Assembly: GCF_009914755.1 (NCBI RefSeq)
Contig: NC_060947.1
Length of the DNA stretch: 64,000 bases
Direction: 5' to 3' (one strand)
From: the human T2T-CHM13v2.0 reference genome, Homo sapiens
Shown here one piece after another: positions 55,705 through 64,000 of this stretch (within the stretch, counting starts at the first letter, position 1; each line of letters begins with the position of its first letter). A program made the position numbers and the translations under genes. The notes below the pieces were generated by a model. That model worked only from the letters and a program-made list of their open reading frames with translations. It was not told the origin of the DNA and made no database searches.

Positions 55705-56436
55705 GTTTGTGTGGTATAATATAGAATATGTCTGGTCTTTTCTCAGAGTTCTCTGCATAGAATTAAAAAAATCATTTGAATTTCCTGAGTGGTAACAGTG
55801 TATTTGTTATGCTAAAGAAGTAACTGAAGGGAAAGAGGGCAGCTAGATAGCTTCCGGATGGGGGCTAGTCACCAGAAAGTCCAACCATGTGATTAGCGAG
55901 TTTGTCCAACCTCCTGGGAGAGGAGATAGGCTGGAGATTGAGTTCAATCACATGTCCAGTCATTTAATCAGTCATGCCTACATAACAAAACCCAGATGAA
56001 ATCTTGGACATCAAGGCTCAGAGGAGCTTCCTGGTTGATGAACATATTAATATACCAGGAGGTTGGCACACCATGTCTCCACTGAGACAGAAGCTCCTGC
56101 ACTAAGGATCCTTCCAGACCTTGCCCTATATAGCTGTTCACTTTCATCATTTATAATAAAATGGTAATCACAGAGTAGCACTTTCAAGAGTTCTGTGAGT
56201 AATTTTAGTGAATTATTTAACCCAAGGAGGTTACAGAAAGCCCCAAATTTGTAGGCCACCAAGGAGAAGTGTAATTGGCTTAGGCACATCTGAAACTTGC
56301 AGCTGGCATCTGAGGTGGTAGTGGTCTTGTGAAGGACTTGCCCCTGTGGGCTCTGCATTACTTCTGGGTAGTTAGTGTCAGAATTCAACTGAATTACAGG
56401 GCACACAGTTGGCGTCAGAGAACTGGTGTCGCAGCA
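55705..56436 (+). mobile_element. MER21-family solo LTR
   Basis: gatgggggctagtcaccagaaagtccaaccatgtgattag...cttgcagctggcatctgag...gttagtgtcagaattc. Confidence 0.8.
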
Positions 56437-57856
56437 GGTGAATCTCAATATTACTATATATTTGACTCTCAATTAAATAGGACTTAAGACTAGCAAGACC
56501 ATTCCCATTTATCTGTCTGTTAAAGCCAGCAGAGAGGTTGTTATAAATAAACTTCTGTATTCTTTCTTAGGTAAATAGTCTTTCTAACACAGGGAGCAAA
56601 AATTAAGAGAGTTAATTTATTTGATCATTGCCATTGCCAGTAGAATACTGAAGTCTGTGGATGAAACAAATATGATGAAACTGGTAGTTTAACCAGTAAC
56701 TAGTAGTCTAACTAAATTCTACCAGTTGATTCAGTGCTGTCTAAGAAACAAAATTTGATTTTCTTTGCAATAGGCACAGCTCTGGATGAAAATGCTCGTC
56801 TTTCAAAAGAGAATCATACTTGACTTTTGTGTACCTTAAAAACGTATTATCCCCTCAATGAAAATGAGTCATTTGTCTTGGTTTTAAGCTGTCGCATGTG
56901 TTTGTATTTTAAAACTGTCTAAGCATGGTTTCATTAAAGCCCATGCCTGAGCCAAAATTGCATTCTGGGGAATCAGCTTAGGAAAATCGTCATGATTTAC
57001 CTGCCAAAATTATACAGAAACCCAAACAGAAAGAGAGAATTGGCTTTCTCAAAGGTATTGCCCAGGAGAGAAATTTATTACTTCCTTACCAATCCATCCA
57101 GCCTGGTTATTGTTCCAATGGGACCTAGCCAAAAGCATGTAAAAATCATTATTAAAAAATCCAGTCAATGCTGGACTTAAGGTAGAAATTAAATAAGTCT
57201 AGTTTTTTCTTTACCAACTATAATTCTAACCCCTTATTTCTGAGTGAGTACAAAATATTTCAGTTTTTCTCCTATTACCAACCGTATTACAGGGTTTGAG
57301 GCCTGAACCTGACCTGGTATGGACAGGGAAATTCTCACCACTGACTCTGCCACTGCCCAGGTCAGCTTCTGAGTTGAACATGGTGATCATGTGCTAACAA
57401 ATCATCTAATGAGATAGTTAACCCCAAATCAGTAGCTTGTATGTAATAGCTCTGAAAAGTTAATTTGAATTTTACTTAGCAGTATGATCAGGTAGTTCAC
57501 ACTTAAAGAGTGGTTTGGAAAAGCAATATAGTCAGAATAGGATGAGACTGAGGCTTAATTAAGCCCTTTTCAGTTTCCTTGTCTGCTGGTTAACCTCATC
57601 ACAACCTGTGTCACTGGCTGTGTTTCAGATTTTCAGTTAGAGAGACCTCTGGGAATGACTAAGCTGATTCCTCTAAAATGGGTATGTGAAAAAGATGGGG
57701 GCAGAAATGTGTGTTTGGGAGACTAGTGAGAGAGTGAGGAACATTAAAACTGCTAGAGAAATACAAATATTTAGAAAAGGAATACCTAGTAATATAATGT
57801 ACCTAATGTATGTATTTGCAGAGCTGTATTTTTTTCTCTTTCTGGCTGTGAAAATG

Positions 57857-58195
57857 CAGTCATGTGCGATATAACAAAGTTTTGATTAATGATTTACCAC
57901 ATATGCAATAGTGGTACCACAAGATTATAATATTCTTACTTTATCTTTCTAAGTTTAAATATGTTTAGATACACAAATACTTACTATTGTGTTACAATTG
58001 CCCACAATATTCAGTATTGTCAGTCATGTGCTGTACAGATTTATAGCCTAGGATCAACAGGCGATACCATATAACCTAGATGTGTAGTAGGCTATACCCT
58101 CTAGGTTTGTGTAAGTATACTCTATGATGTTCTCACAAAGATGAAATTTCCAAAGGATGCATTTCTCAGAATGTATCACTATTGTTAAGTGACAC
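57857..58195 (+). mobile_element. Tigger3a-like MITE
   Basis: CAGTCATGTG start; ~340 bp; homologous to both ends of 3170-4357. Confidence 0.8.
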
Positions 58196-58590
58196 TTAAA
58201 TATAAAACAAAGCAATAGACTTCATCTTTATGATAAACTACACTATGTTCTATCTTCAACATTAACTATGATAGAAAAAGTTGTTGATGTCCACTCTTCC
58301 TACTAGTTAATTACTCAAATAGTTAAATATTAAATATGTACCAGGTAACATGCTTTGTGTTAGGCAACAGGATGTGAAGATAATAACTACAGAGCTTGCT
58401 TAATAAGGCTGTCTCTGTTTCTTTACATTGCATTTACTTCTCAGCACATGTTAATCTGGCCTTTCTGTCACAGTTTCATGTATTTTTCATTCATCCATAA
58501 ACAAATATTTTTGAGCATCAGTTAATGGCAAGTACTAGTTAGGTACTGGGAGCTTACCATGTAGATTACACAGGGTCAAACTTAACCATA

Positions 58591-58912
58591 CAGTCAACCT
58601 TCTGTATCTGTGGTTTCTGCATCCTTGGTTTCAACCAACCATGCGCTGAACATATTTGAGGAAAAAAGCAATAAAAAATAACAATATAACCAAAAAAATT
58701 AAGGCAAATAATAATACAGTACAACTATTTACATAGTACTTACCTTATAATAGGTACTGCAAGTATATAGAGATGATTTAAAATATATGGAAAAATGTGT
58801 GTGGTTATAGGAAATACTATGCCATTTTATATAAGGCACTTAAGTATACTTGGTTTTTGGCACTGGGGGGAGGTCCTGGAACTAATTGTCCGTGGATACC
58901 AAGAGAAGACTA
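58591..58912 (+). mobile_element. Tigger4 (Zombi) derivative
   Basis: TA|CAGTCAACCTTCTGTATCTGTGG ... GTGGATACCAAGAGAAGACTA|TA degenerate TIRs. Confidence 0.75.
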
Positions 58913-59001
58913 TATTTATATTTATATATGCATTTATATTTTAAGGTAAAAACAAATTTTATTCTAAAATTACTATTACATTTATTCATTTCTAGTCATG
59001 A

Positions 59002-59310
<309 letters not shown>

Positions 59311-61033
59311 TAATCTATTTTTAAACTATAAATAACATTAAAGAGGGATGTGAGACAGTTTTCATCTGTTTATTAAAGAGGTTACATAAGGGTTAAAATG
59401 AAGTTAAGAAAGATGTTATTAAAGTAGGCCTTGAGTCTATTATCCTGAGGGTAAGTTGTCGTAGGAGTTTTACCCCTTTCTATCTCTTCGTTCAAGCTGG
59501 AGTCTAGTGTAACAGAGATTTGCACCAGTTATCTGGATCGTTGTAGTAAAAAACTGGCTTATCTGAGCAAATGAGGTGATACTACTTTAAAAGAAAAACA
59601 AAATACTCTTATTCACAGGAATTCAAACTGAAATTTAAAAAAATTTTAAACTATCATGTATAATTTGTATATATTTGATATGATACTTTTGACTTGGGCC
59701 CAATATACTAATCTTTCTGAATTGCTATTATCACAATTAACAGCTTTACTGTTTATGCTTAGAAAAACCCACAGACTGTCTTCAGGGCCTCAGTTTATTT
59801 ATATGTTAGCTCAAATTACAGAATTATAATTTCTAAGGACCATTCTAGTATTCAAGGTTTGTGGTCTTATGAAATTATCGGATCACCTGTATAATCAGAA
59901 ATGTTACTGAAGGTTTTCTATATGCTGTGACGTGTGGGAGTAAAGATATTCCTGTTCTCTGTCTTCACTGCTTGCGGAAACCAAGGAGTTACTCCAGATG
60001 ACAAAATACCAGTAGAAAGTTAAACAGTGCTGTTAAAGCTCACAAGGCAGGCATTTCAGAGTTTAGTGTTTTGTGTCATCATTGCCACCTGAAGATGTAA
60101 TGCATACCTGCCCCCTTACAGTTTATGGAAAGGAAATGCAAAAAACTACTGTGTTTGTCTCTGATTTCCTTCTGAAGTAAGGATTCTCGAATCCTTAGAA
60201 TATATTCAGGCAAATTAGAGATCAGTCTTGCAAAAGTAACCCCAGACTTCGATTTCACAGTACAAAAAACGTTTCATAAAGAAAAAGTAGGAGGGGTTGA
60301 CAGAAGGTTGTGTTTTGCCAAGTATGCTAAAGCAAATTACCGACCAAGTACATTGACTATCACCATTATTTTATTTTAAAAAGAACATTTTAATCTCTCA
60401 ACCTTTCCCGAAGAAAGAGTCTAAACTCAGAATAAAAAAAAAGTTGTTTAAATAGAATATATTTAGCCTTGCAGAAATACTCACTACATTGTTTATATTT
60501 TTCCCATTCATATGAAACTTTTTGTGTGTGGATTGGCATTTGGGAACCACTGTTCCACAGATCTTAAATAAATGATTCAAATTCAGACCTAAAAGGGAGT
60601 AGTGATGGGACTCATGATTGACTACTAGCTCTTGAAAGTTATCATGAGCCCTCAAGCCTGGGCTGAGTGCCCCAAAGAAATTTGTCTCCAAGGAGACTTG
60701 GCCACAAATTGAAAATAACATACTGTATAGACAAAAGAGCAATTAATCCTATCTCAGGCATTTACTAACACTGCCTTTAAAACCTTCATCCACTAAATGA
60801 AAATTGTTACTACAACTCTCTAGGTTAAGCTTACTGTGCCTTTGTGAATACTAGGACTTGCCCTTCAATCCTCACCTTCTTGTAAGTCACTTTCTCTTTA
60901 GGACCATTGTGGGGTAGATGGCATCAATTCGGTGAGATTCCTGGCATATAAACAGTAGTCCTCTTTCCCTTGAGAAGTAGAAAATTTCACACTAATTTAA
61001 AGTATTACACTCTCAGCTCCTTTACCAGTGGAA

Positions 61034-61160
61034 ATTCTCTTTTCCTTCTTCCCTTCCTTCCTTCCTTCCCTCCTTCCCTCCTTCCTTCCTTCCTTTTACT
61101 TCTTTCCTGACTTCGTTCCTTCTTTCCTGCCTTCCTTCCTTCTGTCCTTTCCTCCTTCCT
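61034..61160. repeat. (TTCC)n-like polypyrimidine repeat
   Basis: Directly visible. Confidence 0.9.
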
Positions 61161-62416
61161 TCTTGTATTTTTCTTTTATTCTGCACTCCCCTCACCACAC
61201 ACACACACCTGATCCCAGCCAGTGATAGGAGAAGGAATTATTTGCAGTCAGGTGACTGTCTGAGCAGGAACAGAGAGAATTTCCATATATAGAGAGAATA
61301 ACTTAAGACCTATCAAAACTATTAAGACTATTGACTCTGTTTTCAGATAAAACACTAATAAATACTCATCTAAATATGAGATAGACTTTTTTGGCCTAGC
61401 TAAATCATCAAAAATATTTTCCCTGTCTAAATATCTCACAAAAACCTTCCAATGGGTCTCGTTGTCCTGGGAAATTAATTGGAAGTATTGTCTTCCAAGA
61501 TACTCCAACTTTTGGCTCCCTAAAACTTAACATTGCTCTTAACTCAAACTCTGTCTTTAGTTGTCACATGCATATTTTTTAAAAGTTTCTTTTTTTTTTT
61601 TTTCGGGAGAGAGACATCAAAAGGACTGGGTTTTCAATAAGTCTTTATATCTCACTTATCCAGGATAGGGTTGATGGGAGAAAGGTCTAATAAATAATTT
61701 TTCATTGTAACCTGTGCTTTCCTTTTCTGCTTTCCCAGATGTCCATTGCCATTTTGTAACCCTGGCCCTGCTATATGCCCTGTTGTGCTTTCTCATTATC
61801 TCAGTGCCAGATCTCTCAGGTTTATTTAATTTGATGAAGTAGTCCATGCTAATGATATGAATTTGTTAACAATGCTAACAGGTAGCAAAACAGGGATGGT
61901 ACTCTAAAGAAAATAGGTGGTTGATGGGAAATTTCTGAAACTGTGGAATGACAGTGGGTGAAATTGATTCATATGATTTTAGAGGTAAAAGAATCCTAAG
62001 GTTGTCTGGTAGAGTATTTGTCAAAGTGTGGCCTGTAACCTACCAGGTTCATAATGCTCTGGGGCTACTTGTTTAAAATTTATTTCAAAGATTGCCCTTC
62101 CCCAAATCATGATCCCTTGAGTAGGGCCAAGGAATTGGTATGTTAGCAAGTACTCTGAATTATTCTTATGCAAATTTTAAGTTTGGTTTTATCAAACTTC
62201 TTTATTTTACAATTAAAAACCTAAGTCTCACAGAGGAAAAAGTATTTACCAAAGTACAGAGTTAGCTAGTGGTAGACTCCGGTTTGGAACCCAAGTTGTA
62301 TACTCATAACAACTGACCATTAATTCTCAATGAAGTACCTACCTAGCATAGTGACTGGCATAAAATAGCATTTTGGTAAATATTTGACAAATGAATGTTT
62401 CAAAATTCTTATACCT

Positions 62417-64000
62417 ATTTTTTTTATAAAATATGTATAACTTTCATCTTATTGTTTTAACTATACTAAAGTGTACAATTCAATGGCATGATGTACATTA
62501 ATATTGTTGTGCAACCTTACCACTATACAGGTTCAGAACTTTTTATCATCCCAAACTGAAACTTTGTATCCATTAAACAATATTTCTCCATACCCTCCTT
62601 ACTTCAGCCACTGGTAATCATAATTCTATTTTCTGTGTCAATGAATTTCTCCATTTAGGTACCTCATATAAGTGGAATCACACAATATTTATCCTCTTGT
62701 GTTTGGCTTAGCACAATATTTTCAAAATTCATCCGTATGGTAACATGTATCAGAATTTCATTCCTTTTTAAGGCTGAATAATATTCCATTGCATGTATAT
62801 ACCATAATTTGTTTATTTCTTCATCTCTCAGTGGACATTTGGGGCATTTCCATATTTTGGCTACTGTGAGTAATGCTGCTATGAACATTGAGAAATAAAT
62901 ATTTGTTTGAGTCACTGTTTTAATTATTTTGGGTACATACTCAGAAATGGACTTGAAGGATTATACAATAATTCCATTTTTAATTTTCTGAGGAAGCACA
63001 GTACAGTTTTTTTTTAATGACTGTACCATTTACATTTTTCACCAGCAATGCACTAGCATGCCAAATTCTCCACAACTTTTCCAACTGTTGTTATTTTCCA
63101 ATTTTTTTTCATACTCCCCATCCTAATGGGTGTGAAGGGACATCTCATTGTGGTTTTGACTTGCATTTCCCTAATGATTACTGATGTTGACACCATCTTT
63201 TCATGTGTGTATAGGCGATTTGGAGAAGTGTCTATTCAAGGACTTTCCTCATTTTTAATTGTTTTTTTTTTTGTTCCTATAGAGGTGTAGAAGTTCTTAA
63301 TATATTGTGGCAATTAAAGCTTTAACAGACATATGTAATACAAATATTTTTCTCTCATTCTGTGGGTTGCCTTTTCACTTTTTGATAGTGTCTTTAGAGG
63401 CACAAAATTTTTTAGCTTTTATAAAATAAAATGTATGCATATTTTTATTTTGTTGCCTGTACTTTTGGTGTCTTATCCAAGAAATCAGTGCCAAGTTCAA
63501 TGTTGTGAATCTTTACCTCATGTTTTCTTCTAATAGTTTTATAGTTTTAGCTCTTACATTAAGGTCTTTGATCCATTTTGATTTTTCTATTTGATTTTCC
63601 TATTCTACAATATACATCATTTTAATGGGGATCAAATTGAATCTGTAGATTGCTTTGCTAGTATTAATGACTTAACAATATAAGTCTTTCAATCCATGAA
63701 TGCCAAATGTCTACACATTTATTTGTGTCTTTTCCACTTCTTGCACCAATGTTTTGTTTTTTTCAGTGTACAAGCCTTTTGCCTCCTGGATTAAGTTTAT
63801 TACTAAGTAATGTTTCTTTTCAATGCTACTATAAAAAGAATTGTTCTTAATTGACTTTTTGGATTTTTTTTGGCAATGTAGAGAAGCAAAACTGATTTTT
63901 GCATGTTGATTTTGCCACTATGGTTCAATTTATTAGTTTAAACAGTTTTGGAGTTTTTTTTGTGGAATACTTACGGTTTCTATGTATAAAATTATGCTAT
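62417..64000 (-). mobile_element. Old L1M (L1MA/MB) 3' region, continues beyond the window
   Basis: Reverse ORF 62664-62915 (MFIAALLTVAKIWKCPKCP..LWYIHAMEYYSA) is the L1 ORF2 C-terminus. Confidence 0.88.

Overview
AT-rich, repeat-dense primate (almost certainly human) genomic DNA. It contains one protein-coding gene, the X-linked lysophosphatidylserine receptor GPR174, on the + strand. The 333-aa CDS is uninterrupted (45742-46743). The gene model, supported by splice and poly(A) signals and matching my recollection of the annotated 3-exon transcript, is: promoter at ~19.0-19.4 kb, non-coding exon 1 (~19410-19940), 97-nt exon 2 (31566-31662), and terminal exon 3 (45186-~50048). This haplotype encodes Pro162, whereas the reference protein as I recall it has Ser162. 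The rest is L1, Alu, MIR/L2, MaLR/ERV1 LTRs, Tigger/MADE1/MER5 DNA transposons and microsatellites. The other ORFs in the track look spurious. I see no convincing new multi-gene system. The best leads are (i) a splice-junction-created uORF switch in a ~1.2-kb, uAUG-dense 5'UTR, (ii) an intronic MADE1 hairpin resembling miR-548, (iii) a templated-insertion scar ~3 kb upstream of the promoter, (iv) an unassigned 128-bp palindrome, and (v) an inversion/duplication inside a full-length MaLR provirus. Repeat subfamily calls come from recalled consensus sequences, and their boundaries are approximate.
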